A stretch of 63,993 nt of DNA, counting the filler, from a bacterium (GTDB taxonomy: Bacteria; UBA9089; CG2-30-40-21; SBAY01), in NCBI GenBank assembly GCA_040757115.1. It is 8 parts of 8 records of this genome, joined end to end, with 100 filler letters (N's around TTAATTAATTAA, not from the genome) between each part and the next. Parts side by side here need not be neighbours in the genome. Positions count along the whole stretch, not along the records: positions 1 to 27,980 come from JBFLYA010000026.1; 7 more parts are not named here. One strand, 5' to 3'. Made by a program: the position numbers and the translations under genes. Position 1 is the stretch's first letter; every line of letters starts with the position of its first letter. This document shows, piece by piece, positions 1 to 9,532 of this stretch. Under the pieces are notes generated by a model. The model was given only the letters and a program-made list of their open reading frames with translations, made no database searches and had not been told where the DNA came from.

Positions 1-165
1 ACTAATAATTAATTTTTTAATTTTATTTTCAACCCCCACCCCCCAATCTTGGGGGCTTTAATAAGGAATTAGGATTGTGGCATTCAAAATGACCAACAAT
101 ATATATTATACGAGGACGATGAAAATGTAGTTTTGTAACTCAAGCAATTACAATAACTTACGAAC

Positions 166-217
166 ATTTTCAGGGGAAACGCTCATGAGTCTGCGACTCA
201 CAAATGACGATGAAAAT
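166..217 (+). repeat. ~52-bp junction repeat ATTTTCAGGGGAAAC-hairpin-CAAA..GATGAAAAT
   Basis: Related copies at 9354-9402, 23381-23432, 23528-23579, 50305-50351 and 50511-50561. The cargo that follows (218-345) recurs, with an internal insertion, at 50352-50506. Confidence 0.8.
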
Positions 218-398
218 TAATGGGACGCAGATTTACAGGATTTACAAGATAAAAACATCAAGAAACTCTAAGAAAATAACTATAGAAATACAATAATAAA
301 AAATTAATTTTAATCCTGTTCATCTGCGAAAATCTGCGTCCCATAAAATTAGAACCTGAAACACTGTAGATTGCGGATTAAAAAAGAGGTAAGGCTTG

Positions 399-3300
399 AT
401 GAAAAAGATGAATAAAACAGAAATAAAACTTGAGCTGAAGGAAAAATGGCAGACTTTTACAGAATGGTATGGATTGGCTGGTAATGCAATCTTTTCAATC
501 ATAGAGGATAGGCAGGGCAACTTATGGTTTGGAACTAATGGAGGGGTAACGATGTATGATGGGAAGGATTGGAAAACTTGGACAACCAGGGATGGATTGG
601 CTAGTGATGCAGTCCGGTCAATCATAGAGGACAGGAAAGGCAATCTATGGTTTGGAACTTGGGAAAAAGGGGTAAGCAGGTATGATGGAAGAAAGTGGAA
701 AACCTTTACAGAAAAGGATGGATTGGCTCATAATTGGGTCACTTCAATCCTAGAGGACAGGCAGGGCAATCTATGGTTTGGAACTGATAGAGGGGTAACG
801 ATGTATGATGGAAGGAAGTGGAAACCCTTTAGGAAAACCTTTACAGAAAAGGATGGATTGGCTAGTAATGCAGTCTGGTCAATCATAGAGGACAGGCAGG
901 GCAACCTATGGTTTGGGACCACTGGAGGGGTAAGTATGTATGATGGGAGGAATTGGAAAACCTGGACAACCAAGGATAGATTGGCTGGTGATAGAATCCT
1001 TTCAATCCTAGAGGACAGGCAAGGCAACCTATGGTTTGGAACTTGGAGAGGAGAGGTAAGGAGGTATGATGGGAAGGATTGGAAAACTTGGACAATCAAG
1101 GATGGATTGCATAGTAATAAAGTCCATTCAATCCTAGAGGACAGGCAGGGCAACCTATGGTTTGGAACTGATAGAGGAGAGGTAAAGAGGTATGATGGAA
1201 GGAATTGGAAAACTTGGACAACCAAGGATAGATTGGCTAGTAATGAAGTCCGGTCAATTATAGAGGACAGACAAGGCAATCTGTGGTTTGGAACTGATAG
1301 AGGGGTAAGTATGTATGACGGAAGGGATTGGAAAACCTGGACAACCAAGAATGGATTGGCTGGTAATATCATAGAGGACAAGCAGGGTAATCTGTGGTTT
1401 GGAACTTGGGGAGGAGGGGTAACGATGTACGATGGAAAGGAGTGGAAAACCTGGACAACCAAGGATGGATTGGCTGGTAATATAGTCCTTTCAATCATAG
1501 AGGACAGAAAGGCTAATCTATGGTTTGGAACTTATGGAGAAGGGGTAAGCAGATACACCCCAACCCATATCCTGGCAAAGGGCTACATGGATGATAACAA
1601 AGGCTTGCTTTATCCGGTTATCTACCAAATATTTGAGGAGGCAAAAGAGCCTTCCTCTTCTCTCAAAGACCTTTGTGAGCTTTACCAGCAGGAAGGCAAT
1701 CAACAATTTGTCAATATCCTTAATGTCTATTACCAACTAAGCTTGTTTACAGAGACCAGCAGAGTAGGTGGAATGATTGCCAGACTAACCCAGAATCCCA
1801 AACCTATTCTATCAAGGCTGGTTGAGATACTTGCAGAGGCTAAAGGGCTTCCTCATGGTGATGAGGTTTATCTTACCTACAAAGTCTTCTATCAGCTTAC
1901 CAATTGCCGGGCAATTGAGGATATTATCATCACCAGGGTTGATCTAAATAAGCTGTTTAAATGTGAAGATGTATTGCGGAAAGGGACAATGAATGCTTTC
2001 AAGGGATTGAATGAGATTATAGAAGCCCTATCTAAGTATGAAGAGGTAGAAGAGGTTGAGGCTAAATCAAGCTATCTTACAGGTTCAATAAGTTTATGTG
2101 AGGAGGCAACAAGGTTTGTTGATAAGGGGGTTTTAGAGCCAGAAAGGACACTTTTGCTCTATCTCCTTCCCCAGATTAGGGAAATCATTGGAAGGGCACT
2201 TAAAGCCCTTACCGGAAGGGCAGAGATTGTATGTGAGCTTAAGACAAAAGAGATGCCATTCAGGGATGAGATAGAGGTAGTCTTAGAGGTTAGGAACATA
2301 GGAAATAGTGTAGCAGATGATATAGATATTGAGATTTTAACCTCTAATGATTATAAGTTTGGGATGACGGGGATAGCTGTATCTCCTATTTCTCCCAGGA
2401 AAGCTAGACAGGTCTCCTTTAGACTTAACCCTCTGAAAAAAGGGCAAATTAGATTGCAATTCAGGATTACCTACAGCGACTTTGAGGCAAAGGGAAAGAC
2501 AATAGATTTTGCTGACCAGATAAGTTTTATTGAAAGGCAGGAGACAGAATTTAGGGAGATTGAAAGTCCTTATATAACTGGTCTTCCTCTTGCTCCCCAG
2601 AGCACGCTTTTCGTTGGTCGAAGTGAAGCGTTTGACTTCATAGAGCGATACTTAAAATCGGTCTCCAAAAAGAATATTTTAGTTCTTACTGGCCAGCGAA
2701 GATTAGGAAAAACCTCTTTGCTTAATCAAGTAATCGTCAAATTTAGCTCTAATTATCTCCCTGTATTAATAGATGTTCAGGGAATAGACAGTGATTCAAC
2801 AGAGGCTAAGTTTCTGCTTACGCTTTCAGAAAAGATTCAAGAGTCAGCAGAAAATCAGGGAATTGAGCTTGAGCTACCCCCAAAAGAAGAATTTTATGAA
2901 AGACCCGCTTCTACCTTTGAGCGATTGTTCCTAAAAAAGGTCTATAAGCTATTGGGAGAAAAACAAATTCTTCTTATGTTTGATGAATTTGAGAGTTTTG
3001 AAAAAAAGGATGGATTGATGAGGGAAGATATATTCGATTATCTTCGCCACTTAATGCAACATACTCAGATTTCCTTTATCTTTACGGGCACCCATCGTTT
3101 AGAAGAAATGACTGGTAATTACTGGAATGTTTTATTTAATATAGGACTTTACCATCAGATTGGGGTTTTGAAAGAAAAAGAGAGTATCTCTTTAATCGTT
3201 AATCCAACAAAACAAGCTATGACATACGATAAGTTAGCTATTGACCGGATACTCAACCTGACTGCAGGACATCCTTACTTTATCCAGCTCATCTGTGATG

Positions 3301-3719
3301 AATTGGTCCATTTGCATAACAGAGAAAGAAAAAGTTATATAACCATTGAAGATGTAAATAATCAACTGGCAGAGATTATTAAATCAGGCTATAATCATTT
3401 TAAATTTATCTGGGATACAACTTCAAATAGAGAAAAGCTCTTACTCTCATTACTTCCCAAACTTCTTCCAATGTGGGAATCAAAAATTACCCTGTCAAAT
3501 ATTATCATTGCTTTAGCCGAAAATAAAATCCAGGCTAAAAAAGAGGATGTTACAGAAACATTAAGAAATCTTATGGCTAAAGAGATTGTCCAGGATATCT
3601 CAATAGATGGCATATCCGGTCATTATCGGTTCAAGGGGGATATTTACCGGGTGTGGTTAGAAAGGTATAAAAAGAGGGCGATAGATGAAGAAAAGATTAC
3701 CTGGGAGGAAAATGATTGA
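399..3719 (+). CDS. Reg_prop-type beta-propeller (9 repeats) + helical/Ig-like region + C-terminal STAND/AAA ATPase with wHTH
   Basis: 9x IEDRQGNLWFGT repeats. SPYITGLP..FVGR, Walker A GQRRLGKTS, Walker B LLMFDEFE and TAGHPYFIQ motifs. GAGG 8 nt before ATG 399. No signal peptide. Confidence 0.85.
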   Translation: MKKMNKTEIKLELKEKWQTFTEWYGLAGNAIFSIIEDRQGNLWFGTNGGVTMYDGKDWKTWTTRDGLASDAVRSIIEDRKGNLWFGTWEKGVSRYDGRKWKTFTEKDGLAHNWVTSILEDRQGNLWFGTDRGVTMYDGRKWKPFRKTFTEKDGLASNAVWSIIEDRQGNLWFGTTGGVSMYDGRNWKTWTTKDRLAGDRILSILEDRQGNLWFGTWRGEVRRYDGKDWKTWTIKDGLHSNKVHSILEDRQGNLWFGTDRGEVKRYDGRNWKTWTTKDRLASNEVRSIIEDRQGNLWFGTDRGVSMYDGRDWKTWTTKNGLAGNIIEDKQGNLWFGTWGGGVTMYDGKEWKTWTTKDGLAGNIVLSIIEDRKANLWFGTYGEGVSRYTPTHILAKGYMDDNKGLLYPVIYQIFEEAKEPSSSLKDLCELYQQEGNQQFVNILNVYYQLSLFTETSRVGGMIARLTQNPKPILSRLVEILAEAKGLPHGDEVYLTYKVFYQLTNCRAIEDIIITRVDLNKLFKCEDVLRKGTMNAFKGLNEIIEALSKYEEVEEVEAKSSYLTGSISLCEEATRFVDKGVLEPERTLLLYLLPQIREIIGRALKALTGRAEIVCELKTKEMPFRDEIEVVLEVRNIGNSVADDIDIEILTSNDYKFGMTGIAVSPISPRKARQVSFRLNPLKKGQIRLQFRITYSDFEAKGKTIDFADQISFIERQETEFREIESPYITGLPLAPQSTLFVGRSEAFDFIERYLKSVSKKNILVLTGQRRLGKTSLLNQVIVKFSSNYLPVLIDVQGIDSDSTEAKFLLTLSEKIQESAENQGIELELPPKEEFYERPASTFERLFLKKVYKLLGEKQILLMFDEFESFEKKDGLMREDIFDYLRHLMQHTQISFIFTGTHRLEEMTGNYWNVLFNIGLYHQIGVLKEKESISLIVNPTKQAMTYDKLAIDRILNLTAGHPYFIQLICDELVHLHNRERKSYITIEDVNNQLAEIIKSGYNHFKFIWDTTSNREKLLLSLLPKLLPMWESKITLSNIIIALAENKIQAKKEDVTETLRNLMAKEIVQDISIDGISGHYRFKGDIYRVWLERYKKRAIDEEKITWEEND

Positions 3720-5278
3720 TGGAAGATAAAGAGACCTTAAGATGGTATCTTCAAAGGAAAGACAACAAACTCTATCGTAAATTTGCTTCCATTGTTGATG
3801 ACCTTAAGCCAATTCTTAATAGAGCAAACCAACGCTACTATTCTGACCATGGGGAGGAGCACTGTAAAAATGTAGAGAAGAACTTAGATGAGCTTCTGCC
3901 AAAAAAGATAAAGAATGATATGCCTCCTGAGGAAATATTCTGCCTTCTTCTTTCTATCTGGTTTCATGACATTGGTTTGATTGTTGAAATGAAAGAGGAA
4001 GAACCCTACAAGGAAAGGAGAGCTACTCATTCAGAGAGGACATACAACTATATCCATCAAAATTATGAATACTGGAGATTAGATGAGCCTTATGCTTTTG
4101 CCATAAAAGAGATATGCTATGCCCATTCGGGAAGTATAGAAAAAATGAAAGAGATTAGCCAAAGCCCAATAATTATTGGTCGTTCTTATGTCAGAACTAA
4201 GTTTTTGGCAGGACTTTTGAGAATTGCAGATGAACTTGATATTGGCTTTTGGAAGGTTCCTGCTGAATTACTAAGGCTTTGGAAGGTGCCTGAGCAAGAG
4301 ATGCCTTTTTTATTGAAAGACAGGCTAACCTCAGGAATAAAGATTGACCCTGACCTTTTTGAGATTAGAATTAACTTGCTCCTGAAGGAAAAAGATAGGG
4401 AATTTTCTGATAAGATTGAAGAAATGATAGAGAAAAAGATTAAGAATGAGCTTATCTGCCTTAGGGAGACTCTTAGAGAGAATAACTTAGGCTATAGGGA
4501 TGTAGATATAATTGTAACAAATTTTGGTCTGCCAAAGACTGCTATACCCGAAGAAAAACCATCGCCACCAAAAATCATACCGGAAAATCCCTATATCTCA
4601 GGGGTGCCAATAAGAGAACCAGAGGATTTCTTTGGACGGCAGGAAGAGATAAAAAGGATAATTATGCGTCTAAATAAAGGAGAATCTTCCTCTATTATTG
4701 GCCCGAGAAAAATAGGTAAGACATCCCTTCTTTATCAACTTATCCATCCTTCCAAACTAAAAGAAGAATATGGAGTAAATCCTGAAGAGTATATATTTGC
4801 TTTTATTGATTTGCAGGGGAAAAGAGAATATACAGAGGCAGAGATGGTTAATCTTTTCTCTACACAAATAGGTAGAAAAGAGAACAAAGCCTCCTTTGAA
4901 TCGCTTGCAAAAGGATTGAAAGGGCTTAAAAATAATGGGCAAAAGACAGTCTTTATCCTTGATGAATTTGAGAATATGTGTGAGAATAAGAAAATAACCT
5001 CCAATTTTTATGGGAATTTGCGGTCATTGAATCAGGCATTCTTATGCTCTTATGTAACCACTTCTATGAAATCATTGGCTGATTTGACAGATGATAAAGA
5101 GATAAAAGATTCTCCATTCTTTAATATCTTTGAATCCATCTACTTAGGGGTATTGACGATGGAAGAAGCAAAGGATTTAATAGTTCTTCCTGCAAAAAGA
5201 AGGGAATTGATTTATCTAAATACTCTCAGTTTATTCTGGGTTATACGGGTTATCACCCATTTTTTATTCAAGTTTTAG
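3719..5278 (+). CDS. HD (HD-CE-like) domain + STAND ATPase; 3' end frameshifted
   Basis: DHGEEH...FHDIG...H..R...AH...LLRIADELD HD motifs. NPYISGVP..FFGR, GPRKIGKTS and FILDEFE. TGATG coupling to the upstream gene. The GxP motif (TGYHPFFIQ) lies in the -1 frame after ~5195. Confidence 0.8.
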   Translation: MEDKETLRWYLQRKDNKLYRKFASIVDDLKPILNRANQRYYSDHGEEHCKNVEKNLDELLPKKIKNDMPPEEIFCLLLSIWFHDIGLIVEMKEEEPYKERRATHSERTYNYIHQNYEYWRLDEPYAFAIKEICYAHSGSIEKMKEISQSPIIIGRSYVRTKFLAGLLRIADELDIGFWKVPAELLRLWKVPEQEMPFLLKDRLTSGIKIDPDLFEIRINLLLKEKDREFSDKIEEMIEKKIKNELICLRETLRENNLGYRDVDIIVTNFGLPKTAIPEEKPSPPKIIPENPYISGVPIREPEDFFGRQEEIKRIIMRLNKGESSSIIGPRKIGKTSLLYQLIHPSKLKEEYGVNPEEYIFAFIDLQGKREYTEAEMVNLFSTQIGRKENKASFESLAKGLKGLKNNGQKTVFILDEFENMCENKKITSNFYGNLRSLNQAFLCSYVTTSMKSLADLTDDKEIKDSPFFNIFESIYLGVLTMEEAKDLIVLPAKRRELIYLNTLSLFWVIRVITHFLFKF

Positions 5279-5333
5279 CCTCTTATATATTTGATGAGAG
5301 AATTAAAGGAGAACTAAAGGAGTAAAAGCTAAA

Positions 5334-8300
5334 GTGGAACTAAAGGATATAAAGAGAAGATTTATGGAAGATATGGTTGGTTTCTTCCGATACGACTGGA
5401 AACACAGGAGTAGTCTTGAGAAGGAGATTATAAGGAGACTTGTGGAAAGCCCAGAGGAAGAAAAACAAAGAATTATTCAACACTATCTGGATAATCATAG
5501 AAAAGCAGTAGATGACCTGGTGCGTGGTGGATACATCATTTACGAAGAAGAAAAATATAAACTGGTGCCGGCTTTTATAGAAGGCGGCCTTGATTGGTCT
5601 GGGTATGATGAGGAAATAGATGAGAGGATATTAAAAGGAGCAGGAACAATTGAGTCACTCCTGAGAAGACGCAATGAGATTGACGAGATAATAAGGAAGG
5701 AATATAAACAGAAAATTACGGTTATGTTCACTGATATTGTTGGCTCAACTGAATATTTTCTCACAAAGGGTGATATTGCCGGAAGGGCAATGGTGCAAAG
5801 GCATAATGATATGCTTTTCCCGATAATTGAGAAACACAATGGTAAGATAATCAAGACAATTGGCGATGCGATTATGGCAGGGTTTGAGAAGGCACAAAAT
5901 GGGGTTCTTGTTGCAATTGAGATGCAGAAAGCTTTAGCAAAATATAACCAAGGGGCAGAGGATAAAATCCAGATTAGAATTGGTATTCACACAGGCTTGG
6001 CAATCACTGAGCCAGATGACATCTATGGCGATACAGTTCATATTGCCGCAAGGATTGAAGCATTGGCAGAAGGTGACCAAATTCTCATTTCTGGAGAAAT
6101 ATTCAAAGAGATTGAGCAAGAAGGGTTTAACCTCCGTTTCCATGGCAAATACCTGCTAAAAGGGCTGATAGAAGATGTGCCAATCTATGAGGTTCTTTGG
6201 GATGAGAGCCAAAAGCCAAGGAAACCTGAGATAAAGGTTAAGCCAGAAAAAGGACAGGTTAAAATGCCTCCCAGCCTGCATAACCAACTTCCACCTGAGC
6301 CAAATTTTGTGGGAAGGGTTGAAATGCTTAAGGCGATCACAGATTGGTACAAATCCCCTGAGGTAAAGATCGGCGCATTAGTTGGCTGGGGTGGGGTGGG
6401 AAAATCGGCATTAGTCAGAAAGTGGTATGATAGCTTAAAAGAAAATAACATCCATCCGGATGGCATATTCTGGTGGGATTTCTATAAGCTCCCTTCCCTT
6501 GACCATTTCATTGCCGCATTATTTGCTTATCTCTCTCAAGATAGATTCAAACTTGATGACTACAAGACATCATGGCAGAAGATAGACAAAATAAAAGAGC
6601 TTCTCCTTGAAAGGGAATATCTCATTATCTTAGATGGACTGGAACAGATGCAAAAATCGCAAACCGGCGAAGAATTTGGTAAGATGCAGCACCCAGAATT
6701 TACCGACTTACTCAAATACATTGCTGATGCAGATTTTAAAGGCTTGTGCCTGATCACTACAAGGTTCCCTTTAACTGACATCAAGAATTACCCAGGCTAT
6801 CAAAAGATTGAGATAGAGGAGTTACCAAAAGAGGATACCTGGCTATTGTTTCAAAGAATTGGTGTAAGAGGAACAGAGGATGAGATAGATGACATCTGGA
6901 AAGAATTTAAGGGCCATACCCTAAGCCTTGTTCTTTTGGCAAATTATTTAGGCCCTGGTGGTGATATTAAAAAAGCAAAGGAAATTCCTCCATTCTATTC
7001 TGACCAGAAGGCAGGGGGTAAGGCACATCGAATCCTTCTTTGGTATGATAAGCAATTAAATGAAGAACAAAGAAGATTTATGAAGATATTCTCCCTGTTT
7101 AGGGGTGCAGTCTCGGAAAGGGAGTTTAAGGAGGTATTCCAAACCAGGGTAGATTTTCATTTCCAGAGAATGCTAAATGACCTTTGCCAGAGAAGGCTCA
7201 TTACCAAAGGTTCTGATAATACCTACACCACCCATCCTTTAATCAAGGGCTACTTTGAGTCTATATTTGATAAAAAAGAAAAGAAGCTAACCCATAAAGC
7301 AATCTATGAATACTTTGGAAAGAAAGCGCCTGATAAGCCTGAAACATTAGACCAGATGCGCCCCCTGTTTGAGCAGGTATATCATGGATGTTCGGCTAGA
7401 CTTTATGATAAGGTGGATGAGGATGTTTATTGGGGGAAAATTCAACGGAGAGAAGAAGGTTTTCTGGTATACAAACTTGGTGTCTGGGAAACCGACCTAT
7501 CCCTTGTCAGAACCTTCTTTCCGGATGGTGATCTTTCAAAGATGCCCCTTGTAAGTGAGAAGAGGGTCCGGGGCTGGTTGCTCAATGAAGCAGGACTGGC
7601 ACTTCTTAATACAGGCCGGCCAAAAGAGGCAGAGGAGCTTTTCGTTCGAAAGACAAATATGCAAATCGAAGACAAAGACCGGAAAAACGCCTCTGCGGGT
7701 TATCAAAACCTGGCTGACCTCTGGTTTCGAGTAGGTAGGCTCAAGGAGGCAAATGAGAGTGCGAAAAAGGCCATTGAGATGGCAGAGAAAGCAGAGTCTG
7801 AGCAGTATATCGTAATTTCAAAAGCCTATCTTGCCTGGATACTTCATCTTGCGGGCAAGGATGAGGAGGCAGAAAAGGAGTTTCAGCAGGCAGATGAACT
7901 TTCAAGAAAGATCAGTGGGTATCAGCTTTATGCTATGCGGGGAATTTTCTATGCTGACTTCCTCCTCTCAATCAAGCAGATTGATGAGGCTTTTGAACTT
8001 ACCAAAGCAAACCTTAAGATCTGCCAGAGGAATAATTTTGTAAACGAGATCTCAAGATGTCACCGCTTACTGGGTGCAATTGAAAGGATAAAGGGGAAGC
8101 AGAAGGAAGCTGAGCCCCATCTTCAGGAGGCCCTTGAGATTGCCAGAAAAGTTGGCATGCCAGAGCTTGAAATCGAAGCCTTGCTTGAGTTGAGCAGGTT
8201 GTGGTTGGATATGAAAAGATATAAAGAGGCTATCTCTCAGGCAAACCAGGTCCTGAAGCTATGTGAAAGAACAGGCTTTTTACTCTACGAACCCGAGGCA

Positions 8301-8453
8301 GAGCTAATCTTAGCCAGGGCATATCTGGGGTTAAATGATCTTGACCAGACCAAAACCTTCGCCCAATCCGCTTACCAAAAAGCCAGCCAGATGCACTACC
8401 ACTGGCCCAGGGTTGAGGCTGAGCAGCTACTGCGAAATCTGAATCCGTGTTGA
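5334..8453 (+). CDS. wHTH remnant + class III adenylate/guanylate cyclase + STAND (NB-ARC-like) NTPase + TPR repeats
   Basis: Cyclase motifs VMFTDIVGST, KTIGDA, IRIGIHTG and DIYGDTVHIAAR. NTPase motifs GWGGVGKS, LIILDGLE and GHTLSL. C-terminal TPR-like helices. Confidence 0.85.
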   Translation: MELKDIKRRFMEDMVGFFRYDWKHRSSLEKEIIRRLVESPEEEKQRIIQHYLDNHRKAVDDLVRGGYIIYEEEKYKLVPAFIEGGLDWSGYDEEIDERILKGAGTIESLLRRRNEIDEIIRKEYKQKITVMFTDIVGSTEYFLTKGDIAGRAMVQRHNDMLFPIIEKHNGKIIKTIGDAIMAGFEKAQNGVLVAIEMQKALAKYNQGAEDKIQIRIGIHTGLAITEPDDIYGDTVHIAARIEALAEGDQILISGEIFKEIEQEGFNLRFHGKYLLKGLIEDVPIYEVLWDESQKPRKPEIKVKPEKGQVKMPPSLHNQLPPEPNFVGRVEMLKAITDWYKSPEVKIGALVGWGGVGKSALVRKWYDSLKENNIHPDGIFWWDFYKLPSLDHFIAALFAYLSQDRFKLDDYKTSWQKIDKIKELLLEREYLIILDGLEQMQKSQTGEEFGKMQHPEFTDLLKYIADADFKGLCLITTRFPLTDIKNYPGYQKIEIEELPKEDTWLLFQRIGVRGTEDEIDDIWKEFKGHTLSLVLLANYLGPGGDIKKAKEIPPFYSDQKAGGKAHRILLWYDKQLNEEQRRFMKIFSLFRGAVSEREFKEVFQTRVDFHFQRMLNDLCQRRLITKGSDNTYTTHPLIKGYFESIFDKKEKKLTHKAIYEYFGKKAPDKPETLDQMRPLFEQVYHGCSARLYDKVDEDVYWGKIQRREEGFLVYKLGVWETDLSLVRTFFPDGDLSKMPLVSEKRVRGWLLNEAGLALLNTGRPKEAEELFVRKTNMQIEDKDRKNASAGYQNLADLWFRVGRLKEANESAKKAIEMAEKAESEQYIVISKAYLAWILHLAGKDEEAEKEFQQADELSRKISGYQLYAMRGIFYADFLLSIKQIDEAFELTKANLKICQRNNFVNEISRCHRLLGAIERIKGKQKEAEPHLQEALEIARKVGMPELEIEALLELSRLWLDMKRYKEAISQANQVLKLCERTGFLLYEPEAELILARAYLGLNDLDQTKTFAQSAYQKASQMHYHWPRVEAEQLLRNLNPC

Positions 8454-8542
8454 TTTGTGGGAATAGAAATAGAAAAAGTGTAGCCCAACATTCTATGTTG
8501 GCGGATAGAAATGGGGGATGGACAACTCAGGATAGAATCTTG

Positions 8543-8797
8543 GTATGTGTTTAGCGTGAGGATATTTTTTCCCGACGCTGAAGGCGTCAAACTTCACATA
8601 ACCGTAGATGCAATCTACGGAAGAAACACATACATGCACTCTGCAACCCTGAAAGGGTCGAATTTTATCCCTCGTTTAAAATTCAACCCTTTCAGGGTTG
8701 AGAAACATCGTAGATGTCCATTTCCGTAGGTTTCACCTACGGTTATGTTCAAACCTTTCAGGTTTGTATCCAATGCATAAATACGCTAAACACATAC
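8543..8797. mobile_element. MITE with GTATGTGTTTAGCGT terminal inverted repeats carrying REP-like hairpins (CCCTGAAAGGG, ACCGTAG..CTACGG)
   Basis: 15-bp perfect TIR at 8543-8557 and 8783-8797. The right part recurs inverted at 38613-38721. The same REP cargo occurs at 49005-49200. Confidence 0.75.
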
Positions 8798-8843
8798 TGG
8801 GCTACCAAGCTAATGTCAAAATGAGAACCGCTTTATGCCAGCC

Positions 8844-9190
8844 TATAGCGGTTATTAACTGGAAGTTTACATAGGATAATACCCATAAATAAGGCATGAG
8901 AATAATCGTTCCGTTAGGAACATAATATCGGTAGAATAGATAGCTAAATCAATCAGTTCCGTAGGAACGATATATTGGTAGAAATTATATTAATAATCAG
9001 GAAGAACATCACAAAAAAAAGAGTTTCAGTGAAGAATATAAAGAATTTTTGCGAGCATTTAACATTAATTATGATGAACGATATATTTTTAAACCGATTG
9101 AATTTTAACTATCTCATGCCTACGGCATTTATGTTTGTATGATATTTATTTCTACCGATATATTGTCCCTATGGGACATTATTTGTATGA
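8844..9190. repeat. REP-like palindrome cluster (GTTCCGTAGGAAC / ATGCCTACGGCAT / GTCCCTATGGGAC) starting at a TATAGCG end
   Basis: Short palindromes in inverted arrangement around a transposase remnant. 8844-8977 recurs inverted at 59946-60080. Confidence 0.7.
8983..9108 (+). pseudogene. C-terminal remnant of IS200/IS605-type (Y1/RAYT-like) transposase
   Basis: Translates NYINNQEEHHKKKSFSEEYKEFLRAFNINYDERYIFKPIEF*, matching the YIxNQ catalytic-Tyr tail of Y1 transposases. Not in the ORF track. Confidence 0.8.
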
Positions 9191-9336
9191 TATTTATTTC
9201 TGCTCTAATAGACCAGGGTGAGGAAAAGTTGATAAAGGATTTGTTTGATTCTATGCTCGCAGGCTGGAAAAAGAAAATACTAAATATCCTGAAGAAATTT
9301 GGAGGAGAAAGGATATTAAACATCTTAGAGGAGTAA
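9190..9336 (+). pseudogene. Probable 3' remnant of an unidentified gene
   Basis: Protein-like helix ISALIDQGEEKLIKDLF...ILNILEE*. The 5' part of the listed ORF is repeat DNA. Confidence 0.3.
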
Positions 9337-9353
9337 AATCCATTAAGTGTGGA

Positions 9354-9523
9354 GGGGAAACGCTCATGCCCACAGGAAGTGGGCACAAACGAAGATGAAA
9401 ATAAGTAGTAAGCGGATTTAGCGGATTGAGCAGATAAAAAATCCGATTAATCCGCTCAATCCGATTACTAAAAAATAAAAATCTGTGTAATCTGCGAAAT
9501 CTGCGGATTATTTTCAGGGGAAA
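9354..9523 (+). repeat. Single unit of the GAAAC-hairpin-TGAAAAT...ATTTTCAGGGGAAA family with GCGGATT/AATCCG cargo
   Basis: GGGGAAA at both ends. The right end sits 9 nt before ATG 9533. Confidence 0.75.
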
Positions 9524-9532
9524 TAGAATACC

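Noticed and set aside
320-1498. Antisense ORFs 320-643 and 728-1498
   Set aside because: Shadows of the propeller repeats. The same applies to the many short antisense ORFs inside long genes.
5188-5202. Programmed -1 frameshift
   Set aside because: A AAA AGA is not a canonical slippery heptamer, no clear stimulatory hairpin is present, and a second break would still be needed.
8511-8729. Short ORFs 8511-8729, 16564-16764, 38561-38773, 63595-63846
   Set aside because: They lie within MITE/repeat DNA and have no RBS or protein motifs.
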